Source of the DNA: Chthonomonadales bacterium
GTDB lineage: Bacteria > Armatimonadota > Chthonomonadetes > Chthonomonadales > Chthonomonadaceae
Assembly: GCA_038217285.1 (NCBI GenBank)
Contig: JBBQPO010000089.1
Span: 1-20,111 of the forward strand
Direction of reading: 5' to 3'
DNA length: 20,111 nt
Shown: positions 8,434 through 16,483 of the stretch, piece after piece
Layout of the letters: every line of letters starts with the position of its first letter
Numbering within the stretch: position 1 is the stretch's first letter
Notes under the pieces: generated by a model
What the model saw: the letters and a program-made list of their open reading frames with translations, nothing else
Databases searched by the model: none
What the model was told of the DNA's origin: nothing
Program-made: the position numbers and the translations under genes

Positions 8434-9012
8434 ATGTCTCTTCGTATTTATACCCGCACCGGCGACAGGGGCGACACCGGGCTTTTTGGCGGCGAGCGTG
8501 TTCGTAAGGACGACGTGCGCGTCGAAGCATACGGCACGGTCGATGAGCTGAATGCCGTGCTCGGAGTCGCCCGAGCGCAGGCCGATGATCCGGAACTGCG
8601 GGACACCCTCGCGGTCTTTCAGGACAGTCTCTTCACCGTCGGGGCCGACATCGCGACTCCGATGGAGGTGGCGACCCAGCGGGGACGCGTCTCCGTGGAG
8701 CGCATCGCGCCGGAACGGGTAGAAGCGCTGGAACATCTGATCGACCGCTTCGAAGCGGAGCTTCCGCCCCTCACGCGTTTCATCCTGCCGGGAGGAAGCG
8801 CCCTGGCGGCGGCTCTGCATCTGGCCCGCGTGGTCTGCCGGCGCGCCGAGCGCCGGTGCGTCACGCTGGCGCATCTGGAAACGGAGGTGGGCCGAGCCTC
8901 CCTCAACCCCGAAGTCGTGCGCTATCTCAACCGCCTCTCCGATCTGCTCTTCGTGCTGGCGCGTGTCGCCAACCGGCGACAGGGAGTGGAGGACATCGTC
9001 TGGAACCCCTGA
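8434..9012 (+). CDS. pduO: ATP:cob(I)alamin adenosyltransferase, PduO type
   Basis: IYTRTGDRGDTGL, EAYGTVDELNA, FILPGG, ARVVCRRAERR, YLNRLSDLLFVLAR. Confidence 0.93.
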   Translation: MSLRIYTRTGDRGDTGLFGGERVRKDDVRVEAYGTVDELNAVLGVARAQADDPELRDTLAVFQDSLFTVGADIATPMEVATQRGRVSVERIAPERVEALEHLIDRFEAELPPLTRFILPGGSALAAALHLARVVCRRAERRCVTLAHLETEVGRASLNPEVVRYLNRLSDLLFVLARVANRRQGVEDIVWNP

Positions 9013-9067
9013 CGGTGATGTGGCAGGGAGCGGGAGGAAGACGCTTCTTCCGCTCGGAGGAGGAACG

Positions 9068-10222
9068 ATGAGCGTCGTTCGTTTTGGGAGAGTGCGTCGA
9101 TTCTCTCCCCTGCTGGTCGGGTTCGCCATGCTCGGCCTGCCGACGTTTGCCTCTCCGGCAAAGACCCCGAGCGCGGTCTGCTTCGCCCAGGCGCGTTCCT
9201 CCCCACCGCCGCCCTCCCCGCTCGACGACCAGGCCCGCTACGACCCACGCGCCGCTCTGCTGCTGAAGCGTATGGGCGAGGCCTATGCCCGTCTGGGCGC
9301 TTTCGATCTGCACATCGACATCTCTTCTGCGCTCATTTCGCTCGAAAGTGCCCCCGGCGCCACCGTGCTATCGACGACGAACATCGATCCGACGCCTTTT
9401 CACATCGACGATGCTTCGTTGCGCCCGATGCACCGCTTGCATCTCGCCTTTCGACAGCCGAACCACCTGCTTATAGAGACCGAACAGGTCGATCCCGTGA
9501 CGAATAAGCCTTTCGACGTGCGCTGGGTCAGCGACGGTAAAAACTTCTGGTCCTATGCCGGCGACAAAAAGGTCTACACACGCGAGAAAGCCCCCGGCAG
9601 CATCCACGACTTTGCCCGCCTGAACTATCTCAATGGCGGCACTCTTGAACTGCTCATGCTCATCGGTCCCAACCCTTTTGCGGATCTCCTGCAGAGTGTA
9701 GACGCGGCGCACCGGATCGGAGAAGCCGAGGTGCGTGGCGTCCCCACCGAGGTCGTCAGTCTCCAACTCGAGGATCCGCTGGAACAGTCCGAGGTGCGTC
9801 TTTATATCGGCAAAAACGACAGTCTGCTCTATCGCATGGAGATCGAGTCGATCCCTTTAAAGCTGCACGAGGGTCCGATCAAGGTAGGCAGCAAACTCGA
9901 TGGGCTCCTGGATGCGAGTAAGCCGCTGTCGCCACCGGAGGAGGAGATTCCCTCCATTCCCGGCGTTCCCGACCCCCCGAAGTTGGGGCCGCCTCCCGCT
10001 CCGCCGAAGCCGGTGGGTGCCTTCTTGCGTTTCGAGAACGATCTGGATCTGACGCCGACCTTCAAGTCCGGTGCCTTTACGTTCACTCCGCCGAAGGATG
10101 GCCTGCTTCTCGGCGACCCAGAGCACCCCGTTAAACATCTCACCACGAAGCAGCGCATCGCCCAACTGGCCAAAAACATCCGGCAGAAGCGAGCGCAGAT
10201 GCTCCGTAACAGTCAGAAATAA
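9068..10222 (+). CDS. Exported protein with probable LolA-like/DUF2092 fold and Pro-rich insertions
   Basis: ATG 9068 after GGAGGAGG, with a signal-peptide-like N-terminus. LolA-superfamily-like segments FRQPNHLLIE, WVSDGKNFWSY..YTREKAP, VRLYIGKND.LLYR and FTFTPP. Confidence 0.6.
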   Translation: MSVVRFGRVRRFSPLLVGFAMLGLPTFASPAKTPSAVCFAQARSSPPPPSPLDDQARYDPRAALLLKRMGEAYARLGAFDLHIDISSALISLESAPGATVLSTTNIDPTPFHIDDASLRPMHRLHLAFRQPNHLLIETEQVDPVTNKPFDVRWVSDGKNFWSYAGDKKVYTREKAPGSIHDFARLNYLNGGTLELLMLIGPNPFADLLQSVDAAHRIGEAEVRGVPTEVVSLQLEDPLEQSEVRLYIGKNDSLLYRMEIESIPLKLHEGPIKVGSKLDGLLDASKPLSPPEEEIPSIPGVPDPPKLGPPPAPPKPVGAFLRFENDLDLTPTFKSGAFTFTPPKDGLLLGDPEHPVKHLTTKQRIAQLAKNIRQKRAQMLRNSQK

Positions 10223-10227
10223 CCGAG

Positions 10228-10262
10228 CCCCCACCCGGCCCTCCCCGCAAGCGGAGAGGGAG
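10228..10262 (+). repeat. REP-like C-rich/G-rich palindromic element
   Basis: CCCCCACCCGG-CCCTC-C-CCGC-aa-GCGG-A-GAGGG just after a stop codon. Same architecture as 7543-7575 but a divergent sequence. Confidence 0.45.
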
Positions 10263-10305
10263 GCTTTCAGAGAATTAGCCGAACGATCAGAACACAGGAG
10301 CAGAT

Positions 10306-11298
10306 ATGGCAGGAAACAGCGTGGTCTATGCAGGCACGGTCGGACAGGGTGTGTGGCGGAGTCTGGACGAAGGGGAGACATTTGCGCGTTACAGCGCGGG
10401 GATGTTTATGGAGGCGGAAGTTCGGGCGCTGGCAGCGCATCCGACGAATCCGGATCGCCTTCTCGCCGGAACCGATGCGGGCCTCTACCACACGATAAAC
10501 GGCGGAGAGCGCTGGGAACGGTTGGAGACGCCCTTCGATCCCGGCAAAGGCTGGCCTGCGGGCGTCGCGGTCTGGTCGGTGCTGATCCACCCGTGGAACC
10601 CGGAACTGCTCTTCGTCGGCACCTGCCCATCCGCCCTCTATCGCTCGCGGGACGGCGGCGCGAACTGGGAGAAGCTCTCGGCGGCGCTGACGCCGGAGTG
10701 TCCACCCATCGTCTATTCACGTGTGACCTGTCTGCTAGCCGATCCGGACGAGCGCGATACGATCTGGGCGGGCGTGGAGATAGACGGCGTGTGGCGCAGT
10801 CGGGACGCCGGGGAGACCTGGCAGCGGCTTGTCAACGGACTGAGTTCGATGGATATTCATGGGCTGGCGATTGTGCCCGGCGCGCCTCGCACCCTCTTCG
10901 CCACCACCAACAACGACCTCAATCTCAGCCATGATGAGGGCGAAACCTGGATGCCACAGCAGGTGAAGGGGTTCTTTCCGCACGGCTACTGTCGGGGCAT
11001 CCTCGCCAAAGCGGACGACCCGCAGACGCTGCTCCTCGGCAACGGCAATGGCCCTCCCGGCACGACCGGCTCCCTGCAGGTTTCGCACGACGGCGGCGTG
11101 ACATGGCAGCAGGCCACCCTCCCGCAGACCCCCAACAGCACCGTCTGGACCTTTGCCGCCAACCGCGCCACCCCAGCACTGATCTTCGCCGCATCGATCA
11201 ACGGCGACCTCTACCGCAGTCGGGACGGCGCGACGACCTGGCAGAAATGCGCCCACGAGTTCGGTGAAGTCCGCACCCTGGCGCTCGTCGTGAAGTGA
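10306..11298 (+). CDS. BNR/Asp-box repeat beta-propeller protein (WD40/YVTN/BNR-like), no signal peptide
   Basis: Seven SxDxGxTW-like repeats (SLDEGETF, TINGGERW, SRDGGANW, SRDAGETW, SHDEGETW, SHDGGVTW, SRDGATTW). SD AGGAG. Confidence 0.85.
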   Translation: MAGNSVVYAGTVGQGVWRSLDEGETFARYSAGMFMEAEVRALAAHPTNPDRLLAGTDAGLYHTINGGERWERLETPFDPGKGWPAGVAVWSVLIHPWNPELLFVGTCPSALYRSRDGGANWEKLSAALTPECPPIVYSRVTCLLADPDERDTIWAGVEIDGVWRSRDAGETWQRLVNGLSSMDIHGLAIVPGAPRTLFATTNNDLNLSHDEGETWMPQQVKGFFPHGYCRGILAKADDPQTLLLGNGNGPPGTTGSLQVSHDGGVTWQQATLPQTPNSTVWTFAANRATPALIFAASINGDLYRSRDGATTWQKCAHEFGEVRTLALVVK

Positions 11299-11328
11299 CT
11301 TTGTCCCTGCATTACGTCGCTTGCCTTC

Positions 11329-12642
11329 CTACTCCACAAAGACGGGAGTAGGTTCTGCGACGATCTCGATTTTACGTCGCGGCACGATAAGCGCCAGCCC
11401 GGCGCCGATGAAAACCGAGCAGGCCAGGAACACGAGTCCGTACGTCACCTCGTGCGTTCGATCTTTTATCGCGCCGACCATGAAGGGGCCGAGGAAACCG
11501 CCGAGGTTGCCGACGGAGTTGATGAAGGCGATTCCGCCTGCCGCCGCCGTGCCCGCCAGGATAGACGTCGGCAGCGACCAGAACGGTCCGAGCGTGGACC
11601 ACATCCCGGCGGCGGCGATGGCAAGCCCGAGCAGTTTGATCCACGGCTGCGGATAATGGGCGATCATGAGCAGGCCGCAAGCTCCGATGATCGCAGGGAT
11701 GGTGATATGCAACCGGCGCTCGTGGGTCTTGTCGGAATGCCAGCCGTTGATGACCATGCAGGTACCGGATACCAGGAAGGGCACCGAGCTTAAAAGTCCG
11801 GTTTGAAACCCATTCAAATTACTGAATTCCTTGATGATGGTAGGCATCCAGAGGCTCAGGCCGTACATCCCCACGACCAGAGTGAAGTAGAGGCCGCAGA
11901 AGAGCCATACATAGGGATTGACAAGCGCATCGCGCAGAGAAGTGTGTCCGGACGAAATCTTGTTCTGTTCCGCTTTATAGCGAGCGATGATCCAGTCCCG
12001 TTCCTGCGGCGACAGCCAGACGGCTTTCGCCGGGTTATCGGGCAGATAGAAGAGTACCACGAACCCGAGCAGGATAGCGGGAAAACCCTCCAATAAGAAC
12101 AGCCACTGCCACCCAGCCAGCCCGCCCAGGCTTTTCGACTGATCCAGGATCCAGCCCGAAATCGGTCCACCAAAAATAAAACAGACGGCATTGGCGGTCA
12201 TAAACAGCGCCACGATCTGTGCCCGTTCCCTCGCCGTAAACCAGTAAGTCATGTAGAGGATAACGCCGGGGAAAAAGCCTGCCTCTGCGAGACCCAGCAG
12301 AAACCGCATTCCATAGAATGTCGGGACACTCCGCACGAACATCATCGCCATGGCGATGGCGCCCCACGTAAACATGATGCGCGCGATCCACTTGCGGGCG
12401 CCGAAGCGCTCCAGAAGCAGGTTGCTCGGCACCTCGAACAGAAAATAGCCGAAGAAGAAAATGCCTGCGCCGAAGCCGTAGACTCCCTCATTAAACCAGG
12501 CCAGATTTTTCATGCCCAGCTTGGCGAAGCCGACATTGCTGCGATCCAGGTAGGCGATCACGTAGAGCAGGAACAGGAACGGGATCAACCGCCACGTCAC
12601 CTTCCTCACCAGGACTTTTTCTACGACTGCTTCTGCTTCCAC
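11329..12642 (-). CDS. MFS transporter, anion:cation symporter (TtuB/phthalate-permease-like)
   Basis: GTG start after AAGGAG. RLIPFLFLLYVIAYLDRSNVGFA, FEVPSNLLLERFGARKWIARIM, GLAEAGFFPG, GWQWLFLLEG, FINSVGNLGGFLGP. Confidence 0.93.
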   Translation of the reverse strand: MEAEAVVEKVLVRKVTWRLIPFLFLLYVIAYLDRSNVGFAKLGMKNLAWFNEGVYGFGAGIFFFGYFLFEVPSNLLLERFGARKWIARIMFTWGAIAMAMMFVRSVPTFYGMRFLLGLAEAGFFPGVILYMTYWFTARERAQIVALFMTANAVCFIFGGPISGWILDQSKSLGGLAGWQWLFLLEGFPAILLGFVVLFYLPDNPAKAVWLSPQERDWIIARYKAEQNKISSGHTSLRDALVNPYVWLFCGLYFTLVVGMYGLSLWMPTIIKEFSNLNGFQTGLLSSVPFLVSGTCMVINGWHSDKTHERRLHITIPAIIGACGLLMIAHYPQPWIKLLGLAIAAAGMWSTLGPFWSLPTSILAGTAAAGGIAFINSVGNLGGFLGPFMVGAIKDRTHEVTYGLVFLACSVFIGAGLALIVPRRKIEIVAEPTPVFVE

Positions 12643-12673
12643 GCTGCTCTCCTTTGTGCGCGTTCGGGGTTCT

Positions 12674-13549
12674 TCAGGTCGCGCGCATCTTTCTCAGGGT
12701 AATACCGGTGACTTCGGGCGGGCAGAACAGGCGGTTGTGAAGGACACTGCAGACGCCCCGCGTGACATAGACGCGGTGGCTGCGGCCCTGCACCAGTCCG
12801 GCCCGGAACTTCTGCCCGTACAGACTCGGAACGATCGGCGCGATGCCGCCGGGCAGGCAGACGCCGCCGCCATGCGTATGCCCGGAAAGTTGCAGATCGA
12901 CGCGCACCCGGACCGTCATCTCTTCGGCGAGGTCCGGGTTGTGCGAGAGCAGAATACGGGGCGTCTCCGGCGGGATCTTTGCCAGGGCGCGATCCGGCAT
13001 GACCAGACCTTCCCACAGATCGCCTACACCGCCGATCGCCAGCGCCTGCCCCTCACGCTCGACCATAAAGGCTTGATTGTCGATCAGGCGGATCGGTGTC
13101 CTGTCGGCGATGCCGCGCCGGACGCCCGCCGCGCCCGCCAGATGGTCGTGATTGCCGAGGGTGCCGATCACGCCGTCTTTCGCCCGCGCCGCATCGAACA
13201 GCCCGCCGAAATCCGGAATGGTCTTGACACGTTTGTCGGTAAAATCGCCCGGAAGTGTCATCAGATCGGGCTGAAAGGCATTTGCCAGCGCGACCGCCTG
13301 CCGCACCGTCTCCGCCGAGCTCCAGACAGGAAAATGAAAGTCGGAGAGCAGGGCGATCCTGTAGCCGTCGAAAGCGTCGGGCAAGCCTGCTATCGGCACC
13401 TCCAGCGTCTGAAAGGTGAGGCGGTGCGGCTCCAGCGTGAAGGCGTCCATCGCGGTCCCCATCGCCAGTGTGGCGGCGGCGACTTTCAGGAGCATTCGGC
13501 GCGAAAAGCGCCGCGTCATCGGGTCCGGTCTGTTTTCGGGGTGGGTCAT
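12674..13549 (-). CDS. Metallophosphoesterase (YkuE/YaeI-like) with twin-arginine signal
   Basis: SRRMLLK followed by a hydrophobic stretch. Calcineurin-like motifs SDFH, GDF, GNHD, SHNPD and SGHTHGG. Confidence 0.9.
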   Translation of the reverse strand: MTHPENRPDPMTRRFSRRMLLKVAAATLAMGTAMDAFTLEPHRLTFQTLEVPIAGLPDAFDGYRIALLSDFHFPVWSSAETVRQAVALANAFQPDLMTLPGDFTDKRVKTIPDFGGLFDAARAKDGVIGTLGNHDHLAGAAGVRRGIADRTPIRLIDNQAFMVEREGQALAIGGVGDLWEGLVMPDRALAKIPPETPRILLSHNPDLAEEMTVRVRVDLQLSGHTHGGGVCLPGGIAPIVPSLYGQKFRAGLVQGRSHRVYVTRGVCSVLHNRLFCPPEVTGITLRKMRAT

Positions 13550-13573
13550 GAGATTACCGATTCGGAGAGATGG

Positions 13574-14458
13574 CTATTTCGGATTGGGAATGTAGGCGCT
13601 GCCCCGGCACTGTTTCAGGTAGTTGAGGCCGTGTACCTGGCCGGTCATCTCCAGGTCACCCTTGTAGACCGGATCGTGCCAGCCCTCGATGTCGATGGCT
13701 CCCCGGAAACCCGCCTGCCGCAGAATGGTGATGATGTCCGTCCAGTTCGTGTCGCCGAAACCGGGCGTACGATGCCAGACGATCTGTTTGCCGCTGCGCA
13801 GTCCTTCCGACTTGAGAACGTCCCAGGCGATGGTAGCGTCCTTACCGTGAACGTGGTAGACCCGGTCCACCCACTTGCGCAGATTGGGGATCGGATCGAT
13901 GAGGGAGCTCATCTGATGGCACGGCTCCCACTCCAGGCCGATGGTGTCGCCGGGAATCGCATTGAACATCATCTCCCAGGCGCACGGAGAGTGGGCGATG
14001 TTCCACTTCGGCCGGTGCCACGTTCCGCCCATATCGCAGTTCTCGAAGGCGATTCGGACGCCTTCGCCCGCCGCCACCTGCGCCAGATGCCCGAACACCT
14101 CTTTGTACTTCGGCAGGCTTTCGTCCACCGGTCGATCTTCCAGCGCGCCCGCGAACCCGCAGACCAGATCGCACCCGAAGAGGCGGGCGCTGCGTATCAG
14201 CGTCTCCCAATCTCGGGCCGTCTGCTCTTCCTGCAAGGGGTTGCCGAAGATGCCGACGCTGCTGATGATCGCCTTCTCTTCCAGAACATCCTTGACTTCT
14301 CGGGCCAATTCCGGCAGCTTCACATCACCCAGAAACTGCCACGCCGTCAGTTGAAACGACTCGAATCCGTGCGGAAGTATCTGTCGCAGATAGTCCGCGC
14401 CGAGGTTCATTCCGGCCAGAGTTCCGATACGTATATCCTGGTGGTGTTCATGCGACAT
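13574..14458 (-). CDS. Sugar phosphate isomerase/epimerase (xylose isomerase-like TIM barrel)
   Basis: ATG 14458 after AAGGA, 294 aa. Motifs IAFENC, GLEWEPCH, HVHGKD, RTPGFGDTNW and IDIEG. Confidence 0.88.
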   Translation of the reverse strand: MSHEHHQDIRIGTLAGMNLGADYLRQILPHGFESFQLTAWQFLGDVKLPELAREVKDVLEEKAIISSVGIFGNPLQEEQTARDWETLIRSARLFGCDLVCGFAGALEDRPVDESLPKYKEVFGHLAQVAAGEGVRIAFENCDMGGTWHRPKWNIAHSPCAWEMMFNAIPGDTIGLEWEPCHQMSSLIDPIPNLRKWVDRVYHVHGKDATIAWDVLKSEGLRSGKQIVWHRTPGFGDTNWTDIITILRQAGFRGAIDIEGWHDPVYKGDLEMTGQVHGLNYLKQCRGSAYIPNPK

Positions 14459-14575
14459 ATTGGGTCGATCCTTGTTGGAGGGGGAATGGTACGTTGACTT
14501 GCTGTGTGCAAAGTACGCCGTACGCCGTCTCGATTCCTGCACGAAAATAGCCGTCAGGCGGCAGTAATACCAAAC

Positions 14576-14599
14576 GGGAACAACAACGTTATTGTTCCC
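14576..14599. promoter_or_regulatory. 24-bp near-perfect palindrome, possible LacI-family operator
   Basis: GGGAACAACAACGTTATTGTTCCC has one mismatched pair and a central AACGTT. It lies between the divergent isomerase operon and the plus-strand promoter at 14643. Confidence 0.5.
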
Positions 14600-14642
14600 T
14601 CACGGTTACTTTCTGAATTGCCGCTTGATCTGAAAAACCGAT

Positions 14643-14671
14643 TTGCCGCGTCCGTGATTCCGTGTTACAAT
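14643..14671 (+). promoter_or_regulatory. Sigma70 promoter with no credible downstream CDS
   Basis: TTGCCG(14643-14648)-17 nt-TACAAT(14666-14671) with extended -10 TG at 14663-14664. Predicted TSS about 14677-14679. Confidence 0.65.
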
Positions 14672-14677
14672 AGGGCA

Positions 14678-15210
14678 TCGCTGGCCGGAAGAGTATCCTA
14701 TGATTGTTCCTTCCCTGACTTTGACGACGCAGGGTTCACATTGACGCCAAAAGCTCCCGCGATGCGGCAGAAGATCCCGCAGCCCGCTTGCGAGAGCGTG
14801 CGGGGCACGCAGAGGTGCGCGCAACTGATCCTTATTGATGGTGTCGCCGTGGCAAAAGGCTCTCTCGAACTTCCGTCGCGGAAAGAGATTCGTCGTGGGG
14901 TAGATGTCGCTGTTCCATGTTCCTAAGTAGCCGTCCGGTCAACGCTCGTAGAAATTTCGCGCGCGCTGATCTCGCTGGCCTCGTAGAAATTACGAACCTT
15001 CAGCGGATGGCCGCTTATTGACCTTCAGACGTCTGCTTAACATTCGAGCAGGCACTCTGCGGGCGCATAACGAGATCAAAATGCGCTCGGTGAAGTTATG
15101 GCCGTCTGTAAGCCAAAAGGCCGAAAGTCAATAGTGACGAAGACAGGTGAAGGTCGGGTTCGTGAATTCTGGGCGATCTGTGCAGAGCCATAGGTCGGAA
15201 GTGCTAGCGC
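14678..15210 (+). ncRNA. Candidate large (~530 nt) structured non-coding RNA, family unassigned
   Basis: Promoter directly upstream. The 5' and 3' ends pair (CGCTGGC 14679-85/GCTAGCG 15203-09; CCTATG 14697-702/CATAGG 15189-94). Many nested helices and a loop pseudoknot (see findings). No ORF with RBS or recognisable product. Confidence 0.55.
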
Positions 15211-16404
15211 TTACAGGAAAAGCAGAGCTTGTTGCCGATATTCCGCCTCCGTGGGAGGCCGTTTGTGTGCCTTCTGGAATTCGGTGGTATAGGTTTTTGC
15301 CTTTTCGAGGAAGCCGTGCATCAGATGATAGACGGGCTGCTTTCGGCCTTTGTCGTCGATCAGCCAGAAGCCGACCTGCTGACCGTCTTTGACTTCGTTG
15401 TTATACATCTCCCAGTAGAGAATATAGGGGCAGCCCCACTCCAGCCCTGCCTGAATCACATCGCGCGAGCGGGCGGACTGCGTCTCTGCGGCAACGCTCT
15501 GCGCCGGAAAGCCATACTCCCCAATAAAGACCCGCTTGCCGGCCAGCCCCGGTTTCGCGGGCAGTTTGGTCTCGATGTAGTCCAGCGCTTTGCGCAGACC
15601 GGTACGCAGCGTTTCGCCTTCGCCTTGCAGCGAGTCGTAGGAGGAGTAGGAGACGTAGTCTACGGTCGTTTTCGGCAGGACGTCATTCGTAAGCGTGTGG
15701 CCGCCCCGCATCGCCTTTTGCACGAGATTGACCTCCGTATACTGGTACACCTCCACGTTCGCATGCTTCGTATCGCGCTTTGCATCCTCGATGGCGCGCT
15801 GACGGGTGTTCAGCCAGTCGATCATTCCCTGGACGGTCTGGGGATCGGGATCCTGCTTCGGGTCGTAGCCGGGGTGCAGATACCAGTCGCCCTCCCAGTG
15901 GCCGAGCAGAAACGTTTTTCCGGAGCGGTTATAGGCCGTGAGAAGGTAGCGGGTGAAGTCGTAGATCTCCCGGTATTCAGCCTCGGAGTCCTTCGGGGCG
16001 AAGCCATGATCCCACCAGCCGGCGGAGAAGCTATAGGTCCAGAAGAGGTAGTGACGAAACGGCATATCCAGCACGCGCCGGAACGACGGCTCGTCCCGCG
16101 CCAGATCCCGTAGGGAGCGGATCGCCGGATTCGGTACGACGCCGGGATAGGGCCCCTGTCCATAGTCGCGGCTGAGCTTGATTTTCAGGATGTTAGAGCC
16201 CAGATCGAGAGTCGCCTGCGCGGTCTCGACCAGCGCCGTCTGCTGCGTAAACCGGTACTGAGGCCCGATCGTCTGCGTCCCAACGATGTCGTTATCGGTT
16301 GTGACCGAGGCAGGCGGCGCACCGAAAGCCGGAGTGGTCGTAAGCCCCCAAAGCACCCCTACAAAGCTCAAGCGCACTCGCCATAGTACGGCTGCGGACA
16401 ACAT
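15211..16404 (-). CDS. Exported hypothetical protein, probable glycoside hydrolase-like TIM barrel
   Basis: SD AGGGAG and signal peptide ending PAFG/A. HWEGD and VFIGEYGF are positioned like the clan GH-A acid/base and nucleophile Glu. ILYWEMYNNE and GFWLID near the C-terminus. Confidence 0.6.
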   Translation of the reverse strand: MLSAAVLWRVRLSFVGVLWGLTTTPAFGAPPASVTTDNDIVGTQTIGPQYRFTQQTALVETAQATLDLGSNILKIKLSRDYGQGPYPGVVPNPAIRSLRDLARDEPSFRRVLDMPFRHYLFWTYSFSAGWWDHGFAPKDSEAEYREIYDFTRYLLTAYNRSGKTFLLGHWEGDWYLHPGYDPKQDPDPQTVQGMIDWLNTRQRAIEDAKRDTKHANVEVYQYTEVNLVQKAMRGGHTLTNDVLPKTTVDYVSYSSYDSLQGEGETLRTGLRKALDYIETKLPAKPGLAGKRVFIGEYGFPAQSVAAETQSARSRDVIQAGLEWGCPYILYWEMYNNEVKDGQQVGFWLIDDKGRKQPVYHLMHGFLEKAKTYTTEFQKAHKRPPTEAEYRQQALLFL

Positions 16405-16427
16405 ACATTATGCTCCCTGAAGGGACG

Positions 16428-16462
16428 GGCCGGGCAGAAGACAACAAACTTTCTGCCCGGCC
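16428..16462. terminator. Strong intergenic hairpin (12-bp perfect stem)
   Basis: GGCCGGGCAGAA(16428-16439)/TTCTGCCCGGCC(16451-16462). The U-rich tail (TCTCTTTTGCTTT) is on the plus strand although both flanking genes are on the minus strand. Confidence 0.4.
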
Positions 16463-16483
16463 TCTCTTTTGCTTTCGGACGGC

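Noticed and set aside
12656-14497. Long opposite-strand ORFs (613 aa at 12656-14497; also 752-1798, 3968-4894, 5142-6281, 8062-9129, 15229-16113 and the N-terminal part of 16469-17854)
   Set aside because: Antisense shadows of genuine high-GC genes with no family motifs. The real genes on the other strand have clear motifs and SD sites.
14504-14926. 140-aa plus-strand ORF (or a 54-aa version from ATG 14762) as a real gene
   Set aside because: It begins upstream of the promoter and runs across the palindrome, has no SD before the internal ATG and has no recognisable motifs. A small peptide within the RNA cannot be fully excluded.
14945-14991. CRISPR array from the duplicated CTCGTAGAAATT
   Set aside because: Only two 12-nt copies, no regular repeat-spacer series and no cas genes.
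14798-15210. Group II intron (GTGCG motifs at ~14798 and ~14815; GAGCC near 15185)
   Set aside because: No domain V hairpin with catalytic triad and bulge, no domain VI, no RT ORF and no interrupted gene.
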